From: a virus
DNA length: 64,000 nt
Direction: 5' to 3' (one strand)
IMG/VR virus record: IMGVR_UViG_3300045988_146009
Span: 1-64,000 of that record
In this document: positions 28,282 to 37,114 of the stretch, one piece after another
Layout of the letters: each line of letters opens with the position of its first letter
Position numbering within the stretch: the first letter of the stretch is position 1
Program-made: the position numbers and the translations under genes
The notes under the pieces: model-generated
What the model was told of the DNA's origin: nothing
What the model saw: the letters and a program-made list of their open reading frames with translations, nothing else
Databases searched by the model: none

Positions 28282-31200
28282 ATGAACCCCGTAGAATACG
28301 ATAAGCCCACTTCGGGCGGTACGGACCTGACCATTGTAGCCTTGTCTGCTCAGTCATGGTCCACCTGTTATAGACGGAATACAGCCCGCCGAGCCCATGT
28401 GGGGAGTTGTAAAAACCCCGCACTTCTCCCATTTTCCAAGCTGGCAAGCTTCCTGCAAAGTGGAGATAACCATAATCTTTCCCTGCTCGAAGAAGTAAGC
28501 AATCAAATTTCAGTACACTACTGTATCTCAAATGGTATTAAACCTGACGAAGTTGAGGGCATTTTGCCGGACGGGGTGTACAGTTATGGCTTGAAAAGCT
28601 TGAGCGGGATGGAAAAAGAGGAGGCGGCGAAGATTTCAAAAGCCCACCTCCCGGCTATTGTCCCCTCTGTTATTTTCGACCCTTCCTACAGCTATGCCGA
28701 CATGTCCCCGAAGAAAGCCGTCTCCTACTACGGCGAAAGCTGGAAGCATACCGGAGTCTTCGGATTTGACATTGACCTGGGCAAGGACGGCAACACGGAC
28801 GATGCGGACGAGTTGTACGATATGGGCGTTTCTTTCTTTTCCACCCTGCCGGGCTTCCTGCTCCTGTTCCGCAGTCCCAGCGGTGGATTGAAGGTGCTCA
28901 TACAGGTAGACGGAGCTACGCGGGTTCGGTTGAACGAAGGAAGTAACGAAGGAAGAATTGCGTTGCACAAGGCCATCTACAAGCGGATTAGCGAGGGGAT
29001 TAACGAGAGTGCCCCGTTTATTCTTGATTCCCGCACCAACGATGTAGCCCGGATTCAGTACCTTTACCGGGAACCGGGCTACGTATATGTACCATCCGAA
29101 TTAGATTCGAATGGTACATACTCGGGGTTGGGCCATTGGGATGCACGGGATATTTATGCGGAGAAGGATGCGGATTCCCTCCATTTGCTGGACGAAGAAA
29201 ACCGAAAGGCTTTGCCTTCCAGCTTGTTGGGCTTTATATCCTACCTGCACGATACGGGCTACACGAACTACGCGGAGCACCTGGAAGGTAATCTCGTAGG
29301 GTATGCGGACGGGTTCAAGTGTTCCTGCCCCTGCTGTGTTGAAGAAGCGGGAGGGCAGGTAGGCAATATGGACTTGTGGTTCATACCGGGCGACGGGGAC
29401 ATGAATACGTGGAGAGTGACCTGCTTCCATGAGAGCTGTAAGACCGGGAAGGGCACTAAGACCGGGAAGGACATTACCAGCATGGCCGAGCTATACCGCG
29501 GGTATGAGAGCTATTTAAGCGAGAAGGTAAGCAACCTAACTAGCGAAGCGGTAGCCTCGGCGAAGGAAAAAGAAAAGGAGCCGGAAGAAGGGGAAGAAAA
29601 TATAGCGTTCGATTACATGCGGGACTACATTACCTCCCTGCTCCAATCCAACAGCAAGACCCGTTACCGGGTGAACCCTCCTTACAGCACTGAGCAGATA
29701 CTTGAGGGCGCGAAGCCCTGGGCTGGCAAGCTTATCATGGAAGAATATACCGTGAAGAGCAAGGGCCGCCCGAAGAAGGGAGAAGAAGGAGAAGAGGGCG
29801 GCGAGAAGAAGGAAAGGCCCGCGATTTGCCGGGAGAACCTTGAAATCATCCTTGCTGAATGCTTTGACATCTTCGTTACCTACAATACTGTTTCCCAGGA
29901 ATACTGGGCGATTGATACCAAGAACAGGTACGTATCCAACTGCTATAGTATCGACCAGTTCCGGAAACCGCTGGCCTATGCTGTTCATGAGTTCGTGTAC
30001 AAGCCGTTCGGGGTAGCCTACGGGATGGTGGATGTTGAGCTTGAACGCGCCCTTCCAGTCATCGGCAATAGCCATTACTTCAATCCATTCCTGAAAATGA
30101 TTGAGTATGATGATTGGGATGGGAAGGAGGACCGGGTGGGGAGGTTTATTGACATCCTCATTTCGGCGGTTGACCCGGCGTGGAGCCTTGATGGTGGAAG
30201 CGGAGAACTTCTGAACAAGATAAAGGCAGACATCGAACGGGACCCGAAGGGGGCTGAGAAGATTGGTTTGACCGAAGCCCTGGTGGACCCGAAGGAATAC
30301 ACGAGGGAGGTGATGAAGACATTCCTCGTTTGTGCCTACCGGAAATACATACATGGTTGCGAACCCCACATGTACACCAAGGCCGAGGAGCACGACAACA
30401 TGTGCCCTGTAATTTATGGTGAGCAGGGGGTGGGGAAGAACACGCTGATTGAAAGTCTTGTTACCGTGCTTGGTGAAGGCTATCTGTGGAACCCTTCCGG
30501 CCTCCGTGACATCAGTGGGGATAACAAGGACAACAACATGAAGGCTTCCTCCTGCCTTATTGCCCACCTGGACGAAGTGGACAAGTATACTGAGGGGGAA
30601 GAAGCGATTAGCACGTTGAAGCAGGTCATCACGAGCAAGACCAACAAGATTCGTCTTCCTTTTGCCCGGCACTTGCAGGACCTCCCTGTAAAAGTCAGCT
30701 ATATCGGAAGTACGAACAAGAGTGCTTTCCTGCTTGATGCCAGCGGAAACCGACGCTTCGCTACCATCATCACCAAGGGGGGCTACAACATGAATGAAAT
30801 CCAGTGGCTACGTGCTACCAACATCTGGCCCCAGGTAAAACGGATGGCGGAAGAAGACGAGAACGTAGGCCGCTACGGGTGGTACAAGCTACAGAAGATA
30901 ACCGAGCATAACAACTCAACGAACGTAATGAGCGAAGGGACCGATGTGGCCTTACTGGAACTTCTGGTTGATGCCAGCGACATCATGGATACCAAGGGCC
31001 ACATTCTTCTTCGTCACGTTAGTCAGGAGTTCTCCAACTACACGACAATCCTGGAGACCCTACGCTCTATGCAAGGGTCTACCAAGCGTGTTACCCGGAA
31101 CGATGTAATGAGATTTACGAACGACATCATCAAAAAGTACGAGTTGAGCGATAGGTCCGATTTGTACAAGAGGGTCCGAAAGACTCTTTCCGGCAAACGC

Positions 31201-31302
31201 CCAGGTTCCACTATCAGCAAGGTTGTCAACCAACCCTCCTTCATCCCTGCTTTCCTGTATGAAGAGATGGTCGCCGAAGGCTTGGCACCGAGAATACGCT
31301 AA
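28282..31302 (+). CDS. Primase-polymerase (AEP-like) fused to an SF3/D5-like helicase (1006 aa)
   Basis: The N-terminal region has a DxD motif (GFDIDLGKDG) and SPSGGLKV, which is AEP-like. A Cys cluster CSCPCC...CFHESC follows. The C-terminal region has Walker A GEQGVGKNT and Walker B LIAHLDEVD, typical of D5-type primase-helicases. Confidence 0.8.
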   Translation: MNPVEYDKPTSGGTDLTIVALSAQSWSTCYRRNTARRAHVGSCKNPALLPFSKLASFLQSGDNHNLSLLEEVSNQISVHYCISNGIKPDEVEGILPDGVYSYGLKSLSGMEKEEAAKISKAHLPAIVPSVIFDPSYSYADMSPKKAVSYYGESWKHTGVFGFDIDLGKDGNTDDADELYDMGVSFFSTLPGFLLLFRSPSGGLKVLIQVDGATRVRLNEGSNEGRIALHKAIYKRISEGINESAPFILDSRTNDVARIQYLYREPGYVYVPSELDSNGTYSGLGHWDARDIYAEKDADSLHLLDEENRKALPSSLLGFISYLHDTGYTNYAEHLEGNLVGYADGFKCSCPCCVEEAGGQVGNMDLWFIPGDGDMNTWRVTCFHESCKTGKGTKTGKDITSMAELYRGYESYLSEKVSNLTSEAVASAKEKEKEPEEGEENIAFDYMRDYITSLLQSNSKTRYRVNPPYSTEQILEGAKPWAGKLIMEEYTVKSKGRPKKGEEGEEGGEKKERPAICRENLEIILAECFDIFVTYNTVSQEYWAIDTKNRYVSNCYSIDQFRKPLAYAVHEFVYKPFGVAYGMVDVELERALPVIGNSHYFNPFLKMIEYDDWDGKEDRVGRFIDILISAVDPAWSLDGGSGELLNKIKADIERDPKGAEKIGLTEALVDPKEYTREVMKTFLVCAYRKYIHGCEPHMYTKAEEHDNMCPVIYGEQGVGKNTLIESLVTVLGEGYLWNPSGLRDISGDNKDNNMKASSCLIAHLDEVDKYTEGEEAISTLKQVITSKTNKIRLPFARHLQDLPVKVSYIGSTNKSAFLLDASGNRRFATIITKGGYNMNEIQWLRATNIWPQVKRMAEEDENVGRYGWYKLQKITEHNNSTNVMSEGTDVALLELLVDASDIMDTKGHILLRHVSQEFSNYTTILETLRSMQGSTKRVTRNDVMRFTNDIIKKYELSDRSDLYKRVRKTLSGKRPGSTISKVVNQPSFIPAFLYEEMVAEGLAPRIR

Positions 31303-31337
31303 AAGCTACCTAACCCACCATAAACGATACTTAACAA

Positions 31338-31645
31338 TGAACACGAACACAAAACGAACAATTCCAGAACAATTCATTCGGGACGGCTACGTATCCACCC
31401 TGCTCAAGAGGGACGGGAATGTGGCCATGTACGAATGCCGCGGCCAGGAAACCGACGTAAAATTCTTCGAGGTTGTGAAAGTCCGCCGTCACACCAGGGA
31501 CAAACTGGACTTCAACATCCACGAGGGGGACGAATATCTTCCCTCCGCCCGTGAGTGGGGAACCTACGGTTGGACCTTTACGGACAAACCGAGAGCGAAA
31601 AACAAGTACAAAAAGGAGGTGAAGAAAGAACAGGAACAAGCCTAA
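31338..31645 (+). CDS. Hypothetical small protein (ORF track 31223..31645; the start at 31338 avoids overlap with the primase gene)
   Basis: ORF. MNTNTKRTIPEQF is a plausible start. Confidence 0.45.
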
Positions 31646-31667
31646 TCTCTTCTATTCGATAGTGTTA

Positions 31668-31699
31668 GCCCCAGGTAGCCCATGTTGGTTGCCTGGGGC
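31668..31699 (+). promoter_or_regulatory. Hairpin with an 8-bp stem GCCCCAGG/CCTGGGGC and a 16-nt loop
   Basis: Read directly, downstream of the 31338..31645 gene. Confidence 0.35.
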
Positions 31700-31706
31700 C
31701 CCTTTG

Positions 31707-31730
31707 TATACGCATAGGTTTATGCGTATA
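31707..31730. promoter_or_regulatory. Perfect 24-bp palindrome TATACGCATA-GGTT-TATGCGTATA. No T-run on either side, so a candidate operator (dimeric DNA-binding site).
   Basis: 10-bp arms read directly. The partial motif GTATGACAAAAAG follows immediately. Confidence 0.5.
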
Positions 31731-32007
31731 TAGTATGACAAAAAGGATGGAGATTGTTCTTGAAATAATGACTACGCGGTGGTAGGGTCTGTTCATGGAC
31801 ACAGAACAAGATGAATGGAAATCCTGCACGACTTGCGCTTATGCCATCTGGCCAGGAGCTTCCTACCCCTGCTCGGTTTGCAACTATAAGGACATGTGGG
31901 TTCCACAGGAAGGGGACGGGGACGAAGAAGATTCCAAACATGGGGGTGAAGCCGAGTACGAATAAAAGCTAAATATTATACAGTAAAAACTTACACCTGT
32001 CAAGCCA

Positions 32008-32241
32008 ATGGGTATGAATAATAAAATCTTCGCATGCTTCAAATGTCATCTCTATTTTACGCACGACGACTATGCTGTTGTTAACCACGAAAAGTGCCCA
32101 GTATGCTCTGCCAAATTGGTAGCTTTAAACCCGGTTCAAATCAGTTGTGATACTTGCTTGCATATAGCTAGAAGAATAACGGAATCTCCGTGCAATAGAT
32201 GCTTCGCAAAAGAAGACTATGAATTTTGGGTCCCGAATTAA
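32008..32241 (+). CDS. Zinc-ribbon mini-protein (two CxxC...CxxC units), first member of a tandem zinc-ribbon array
   Basis: CFKCHLYF...CPVC and CDTC...CNRCF. Confidence 0.5.
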   Translation: MGMNNKIFACFKCHLYFTHDDYAVVNHEKCPVCSAKLVALNPVQISCDTCLHIARRITESPCNRCFAKEDYEFWVPN

Positions 32242-32242
32242 A

Positions 32243-32470
32243 ATGAAGAAGATATGCGAGACCTGCCATTACTTTGGCCAGGACCCCATAGATACTCCGT
32301 GCCATATATGTGAAGAGTCTTTCTTTTGGGAACCCAGGGACCCCAACGACCCTCTTCCCAAACAACCAATGGAACGAGATTGCAGAAACTGTGGTTTTAG
32401 TACTCAACCCGCACACACCTATCCCTGTAGCATGTGCTATACCTTTTCCCAATGGAAATCCAAGTCATGA
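32243..32470 (+). CDS. Zinc-ribbon mini-protein (two CxxC...CxxC units). The ORF track starts at 32219; MKKICETC at 32243 is preferred.
   Basis: CETCHYF...CHIC and CRNCGF...CSMC. Confidence 0.5.
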   Translation: MKKICETCHYFGQDPIDTPCHICEESFFWEPRDPNDPLPKQPMERDCRNCGFSTQPAHTYPCSMCYTFSQWKSKS

Positions 32471-32646
32471 AGAAGACCTGCATTAACTGTTGGAGAACCT
32501 TCTACCCTAATCCTGACAATGAAGATGAAATGAGAGGGTATTGCCCCTCATGCAATCTTTCGTTTGACAAGATGCTAGAACATCTAGAAAAGCTAGAAGC
32601 TCTTATCATTAAAAACATTTCTAAGAAATACACACCATCAACATGA
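32467..32646 (+). CDS. Zinc-ribbon mini-protein. The ORF track starts at 32434; MKKTCINCW at 32467 is preferred, giving an ATGA overlap with the upstream stop.
   Basis: CINCWRTF...CPSC. Confidence 0.5.
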   Translation: MKKTCINCWRTFYPNPDNEDEMRGYCPSCNLSFDKMLEHLEKLEALIIKNISKKYTPST

Positions 32647-33161
32647 ATAAAAAAGTCGATAAACTTCTCAATACCCTCCTTACCGCGGATGACCTCCGTG
32701 AAATCCTTTACTTGTGCAAAGCTAAAAAGACTCCCAGCTTGGCCAGGGCCATGTCCTACCTGCTCCCCTACATTGAGCACAACACCCTGGAATGGGACGA
32801 AGCCATGGACTACTTGTTTAAAGAGCAGACTTGCGCCCACGTTTTCACCTGTCCTAAGTTCAAAGCGGAACCCCTTATCTTCATTAACCCCTACATGCTC
32901 TTTCCGAACGATATGGCCGAAGTGCTCGTTGCTCGTTTTGGATGGACTACTGAGGTTTTTTGTTTGTCCGGACTCTATAACTTCAAGGACTTCTGCAAGG
33001 CCCTGGGTGGACTTCACCCGGAACTTCCCTTTGAAAGTGAGGCTAGTTTCGTGAACGCTTGGGAAGACTATCAGGAGGTAAGGTCTACTGGTGAGATGAA
33101 GACCTTCTATTTCAAACGGGATAGCACAAACTCGTTCTTTAAAATTATCTTTCAACCCTAA
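32643..33161 (+). CDS. Hypothetical protein (172 aa)
   Basis: ORF with 4-nt coupling to the upstream zinc-ribbon gene. Confidence 0.6.
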   Translation: MNKKVDKLLNTLLTADDLREILYLCKAKKTPSLARAMSYLLPYIEHNTLEWDEAMDYLFKEQTCAHVFTCPKFKAEPLIFINPYMLFPNDMAEVLVARFGWTTEVFCLSGLYNFKDFCKALGGLHPELPFESEASFVNAWEDYQEVRSTGEMKTFYFKRDSTNSFFKIIFQP

Positions 33162-33170
33162 ACAAGAATA

Positions 33171-33210
33171 GCCGCGCAAGACTTCTAACATCTTGCGCGG
33201 CTACCCTTTT
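33171..33210 (+). terminator. Intrinsic terminator (11-bp perfect stem GCCGCGCAAGA/TCTTGCGCGGC) with a weak T-run
   Basis: Read directly after the stop of the 32643..33161 gene. Confidence 0.55.
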
Positions 33211-33289
33211 CACCAATCAAACATACATGAAACACATGGACTTCGATAGGGGTAAAGTATCATATATCTGTCATAATGTCAAGATGTGA

Positions 33290-33317
33290 TTGACTTACGA
33301 GACAGCTAATGTAGAAT
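33290..33317 (+). promoter_or_regulatory. Sigma70-like promoter TTGACT-N16-TAGAAT upstream of the 33376 gene
   Basis: Read directly. Confidence 0.45.
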
Positions 33318-33375
33318 AGACCCATGAACAAAATCAAGTTTCAATGCTCTACTTGTTCTAACACTTTCAACTTGA

Positions 33376-33630
33376 ATGAAACCGTTTGACACCCATTTCC
33401 TTTTTGCGTGCTTCTCCTGCTATACTCCCTTCAATCTTTCCGAAATCGACCAGACGAAACTGTGTTGTCCAATATGCGGAGACGAAGTAGACTACAAGCA
33501 AGACCCTGGGGATGTCGTAGAATATAAAACCCCGCTCACATGCTTCGAGCAGGACCCTCCCATATCCACTAGGGTAACTTACCAGTGCCCCCATTGCCAA
33601 GCTCCTTTATCTGAACTACCCAAACTCTAA
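33376..33630 (+). CDS. Zinc-ribbon mini-protein (84 aa)
   Basis: CFSCYTPF...CCPICGDE...CPHC. Confidence 0.5.
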   Translation: MKPFDTHFLFACFSCYTPFNLSEIDQTKLCCPICGDEVDYKQDPGDVVEYKTPLTCFEQDPPISTRVTYQCPHCQAPLSELPKL

Positions 33631-33651
33631 CAAACAAAACAGAACAAAACA

Positions 33652-33951
33652 ATGTTGCCAGAAATCAGCCCGCTCGAATTGCAAATCCAGACGATGACTT
33701 CCGAACTGGAACGTCTCCCTCAAGACAAGTCTATTTGGTCCCTCACCCCTACAGGTAAAGGAGGACAGCTTGCTCTTGACTTGAAGCTTAAAGTAAACGA
33801 GAACCAGTACCTGGATGCCAGCAGGGTATATGAGATGGACGAAATTCCCACCGCAAACGAAAGCATCAAGCGCATTGTGGATGCTTTCCTGCTCAATATT
33901 TCTCTCCTGGATTATCAAAAGGATTTCCTCAAATCAGCAGAAGTAGAATAG
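33652..33951 (+). CDS. Hypothetical protein (99 aa)
   Basis: ORF only. Confidence 0.5.
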   Translation: MLPEISPLELQIQTMTSELERLPQDKSIWSLTPTGKGGQLALDLKLKVNENQYLDASRVYEMDEIPTANESIKRIVDAFLLNISLLDYQKDFLKSAEVE

Positions 33952-34037
33952 CATGCAAGGTATTAATTTCTTCTTTTATATCCTCTGTTCAATCCTCTGT
34001 TTAATCCTACTCGTTTTTATCCTATTCTCAGCACATA

Positions 34038-35927
34038 ATGACGACCCCTACGCCTAACACTACACCTAAGCCAACCAGGAATAGCCTGACTCCACGCAAG
34101 GTAGCCGATTGCCATGAACTTAACGGCGATACTATCGCTATTGACTTTGAAACGTATTACGACAAAGACTATAGCTTGAAGAAGACCTGCTACCATCATT
34201 ACTGCAATGACCCCCGGTTTGATGCGTACATTATGTCCGCGGCGACCGACGAGGAAGTTTGGGTGGGACACCCGAGGGATTTCGACTGGGAAGTAACGAG
34301 GGATAAGACCGTCATCTCCCATAACGCCGCATTTGACCGGACGGTATACGAGATTGGTTTGAAAGCCCCCGGAGACTGGCCTATGCGTAGCTGGATGTGT
34401 TCGATGGCCGCGTGCAACTACTTGAACATCCGTGGCAACCTTGCACAGATTTCTTGGAAGCTCCTGAATATCTCCATGAGTAAAGAAGTTCGTGAAGCCG
34501 CTCAGGGCGTAGACTTTAGCAAGATGGAAGAAATCCCGGAGGACATGATAAACTACGTGGCCTTCGATAGTATTTCCTGTCTTGCCGTCTGGTATGCCAT
34601 TGAAAAGTATTGGCCCTCTGATGAAAGATACCTGTGGAGTCAGACGGTGGACATGGGCGTAAGGGGCATTCCCACCAACAAGAAATGGCTCCAGGCCGCA
34701 TTGAAGCGTTTAGAGGAGAGGGTGGCCTATCACGAAAGCCAGATTCCATTACAGAAAACACAATCCAGAAACGAGCTCATTGCCTATTGCAAAGCCAACG
34801 GAATCGAACCCCCCACCACTACCGCAAAGACCAATCCCCTGTGGGAGAAGTGGCTGGACGAATGGGGCCAGAGTGTCCCATGGATTCGGCATCTGGCTTT
34901 ACAGCGGTCAGCCAATCGCGTCCGCTCTATTTTCACCACTGCTCTGGAACGACTCTATACCGACGAGAATGGCGTAGACCGGGTTCCCTTCACCCTTCGT
35001 TATATGGGGGCTGGAACAGGAAGGTGGTGTGCGGGTTCTGATGGGTTTAACGCCCAACAGTTTAACAGAGAACGAGTTGAGGGAATTAACACCCGTCACA
35101 TGATTCAAGCAGGTAAAGGATTCCGTCTTGTCGTAGCCGACTTCGCCGCCGTTGAGGTACGAGTAGTTATGTGGCTATCAGGTCAGACGGAGATTTTCGA
35201 TTACCTAAAGCAAACCCCTGACCTCTATGAAGCTTTTGCACGATTCCTTGGGCAGATGCCCGCAGGTGCCAAGACGCTAAAAGGGTGGTGTGAAGAAAAT
35301 CACAGTCCCCTTCGCCATCAGATTAAATCTCAGGTTTTGGGGGCTGGCTTCTGTTTGGGTTACAAGGGACTTCACAAGAACAACCCCAACATCCCTCTTG
35401 AACGGTGCAAGGAGCTGATTGATGGTTTCCGTGCGAAGTGTCCCAAAGTGGTAGCTATGTGGCATAATCTAGAACGAATCATGAAGCGAGGTATTGCGTC
35501 CCCCAACCGTTGCTTTGCTTTGACTCTCCCCTCCGGGCGAAAGGTTTGGTATCGAGACATCCACCGTGAACTAATTACACCGAAGGACAAAGATAAAAAA
35601 CCTTTCACTGCATGGGTTGCAAGCACCCCTGATGATAACGGAAAACCAGGGAACGTAATCCTTTCGGTCGCCCTACTCACCAATAACATTGTTCAGGCCA
35701 CCGCCCGTGACCTCATGAAGAACGCTATTGTGAAGGCTGGGATTCAGGGGAAGAACTTCGAACTCGTTCTTCCGGTGCATGACGAACTGGTTGTACGATG
35801 CCGGAAGGAGGATGCCCCCGCTGTAGAGAAAGCCCTGTCCAAATTCATGACGGAACAACCTTCCTGGGCTTCAACCCTGGAGCTTTCTGCACCCCCTTCT
35901 ACCTTCTATAACTACACAAAGGATTAA
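34038..35927 (+). CDS. Compact family-A DNA polymerase with an N-terminal 3'-5' exonuclease domain (629 aa)
   Basis: Exonuclease motifs: Exo I IAIDFETYY, Exo II ISHNAAFDRTV, Exo III YVAFDSIS. Polymerase motifs: motif A VVADFAAVEVRV, motif B KSQVLGAGFCLGYKG, motif C PVHDELVV. Confidence 0.85.
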   Translation: MTTPTPNTTPKPTRNSLTPRKVADCHELNGDTIAIDFETYYDKDYSLKKTCYHHYCNDPRFDAYIMSAATDEEVWVGHPRDFDWEVTRDKTVISHNAAFDRTVYEIGLKAPGDWPMRSWMCSMAACNYLNIRGNLAQISWKLLNISMSKEVREAAQGVDFSKMEEIPEDMINYVAFDSISCLAVWYAIEKYWPSDERYLWSQTVDMGVRGIPTNKKWLQAALKRLEERVAYHESQIPLQKTQSRNELIAYCKANGIEPPTTTAKTNPLWEKWLDEWGQSVPWIRHLALQRSANRVRSIFTTALERLYTDENGVDRVPFTLRYMGAGTGRWCAGSDGFNAQQFNRERVEGINTRHMIQAGKGFRLVVADFAAVEVRVVMWLSGQTEIFDYLKQTPDLYEAFARFLGQMPAGAKTLKGWCEENHSPLRHQIKSQVLGAGFCLGYKGLHKNNPNIPLERCKELIDGFRAKCPKVVAMWHNLERIMKRGIASPNRCFALTLPSGRKVWYRDIHRELITPKDKDKKPFTAWVASTPDDNGKPGNVILSVALLTNNIVQATARDLMKNAIVKAGIQGKNFELVLPVHDELVVRCRKEDAPAVEKALSKFMTEQPSWASTLELSAPPSTFYNYTKD

Positions 35928-35933
35928 ACATAA

Positions 35934-36101
35934 ATGTACTATGAAACAATTTTAGCGTACACTTACGCTGTATCAGGAGCACTCTTCGTTCTGTCATATG
36001 CCTCATATCACTTCTTCCTAAAGGTGTGGCCCTTCGTATATCTGATGGCTATACTCAACTTAACGTCAGGCATTTTAATCTTTCTTCCAAAATACCTCTA
36101 A
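35934..36101 (+). CDS. Possible small membrane protein (~55 aa, 2 TM). Below the ORF-track length cutoff.
   Basis: MYYETILAYTYAVSGALFVLSYASYHFFLKVWPFVYLMAILNLTSGILIFLPKYL, read in frame immediately after the polymerase stop. Confidence 0.3.
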   Translation: MYYETILAYTYAVSGALFVLSYASYHFFLKVWPFVYLMAILNLTSGILIFLPKYL

Positions 36102-36105
36102 CCAA

Positions 36106-36390
36106 ATGAACCAACGAAAGAAACTTCAAAAAGAACTTACCGCCAATCGGATTTCAATGCGCCACCTGAGACGGTTGGCGTATAGTCTTGAATCCAAGGG
36201 AGATTTAACCGCTACGCAGTGCATCATTGTAAACAACAAGATTCCCCTTTTCTTCAATTTCTCTCCTTCCATTCCCGTCAACTTCAAACCCATCTACCCC
36301 TTCATTTACAATCACGCTTATTGGATGAAGGACAAAAAGGACTGGGCTTTGACCTGCTACGAAGACGACAGTTATGCTTACAATAAATAG
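36106..36390 (+). CDS. Hypothetical protein (94 aa)
   Basis: ORF. It overlaps the HNH gene start by 17 nt. Confidence 0.4.
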   Translation: MNQRKKLQKELTANRISMRHLRRLAYSLESKGDLTATQCIIVNNKIPLFFNFSPSIPVNFKPIYPFIYNHAYWMKDKKDWALTCYEDDSYAYNK

Positions 36391-37114
36391 TATGGATACT
36401 TCTAGTGAAATATGGGGGATTATTAAGGATTTCCCGAATTACAGTGTAAGCACTTTAGGAAGAGTAAAAAATAACCTTAGTGGGAAATTGTTGTCACTTT
36501 CAACTTCTCAAGGAGGATATTATTTTGTAGCTCTATATCGAAATAATGGTGGAGATAAAAAATATCTTCGGGTAAATCGTCTGGTGGCGATGACGTTTAT
36601 TCCGAATCCTCATAATAAATCTCAAGTAAATCATATAGATGAAAATAAAAAGAATAATAGATGGGATAATTTAGAATGGACTACACCTACGGAAAATAGA
36701 AATCATGGGACAAGTATTATTCGTTCAGCAAAAAGTCTCAGTCCCGCGGTTGTCCAATATTCTTCAACAGGTTATTTTATTGCAGAATACCCAAGTGCTG
36801 TGGAAGCAAGAATAGTTACAGGAGTATCTAATTTAGCCATTGCTAAATCATGTAGAAAAGAAAGGGCGATGGGGGGAGGCTATCAATGGAGAAAAAGGGA
36901 GGATGATTACCCTCTTCAAATTGAATCCGCAGTTGGACCTATTAAAGCGATACTTAAATATAGCCCTACAGGGGAACTTCTTTGGATATATTCAAGTATA
37001 AAAGAAGCGAGCGAAGATACCACGGCTACTCTTTCAAATATTGTAAGTAATATAAAAGGAAGGAAGAGTGTAAAAACAGTAGGGGGCCACATTTATAGAG
37101 AGGAAATAGTATAA
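36374..37114 (+). CDS. HNH homing endonuclease with an N-terminal NUMOD4-like motif
   Basis: N-terminal WGIIKDFPNYSVSTLGRVKN, then HNH_3 core NHIDENKKNNRWDNLEWTTPTENRNHG. The codon usage is AT-rich and unlike its flanking genes. Confidence 0.7.
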   Translation: MLTINSMDTSSEIWGIIKDFPNYSVSTLGRVKNNLSGKLLSLSTSQGGYYFVALYRNNGGDKKYLRVNRLVAMTFIPNPHNKSQVNHIDENKKNNRWDNLEWTTPTENRNHGTSIIRSAKSLSPAVVQYSSTGYFIAEYPSAVEARIVTGVSNLAIAKSCRKERAMGGGYQWRKREDDYPLQIESAVGPIKAILKYSPTGELLWIYSSIKEASEDTTATLSNIVSNIKGRKSVKTVGGHIYREEIV

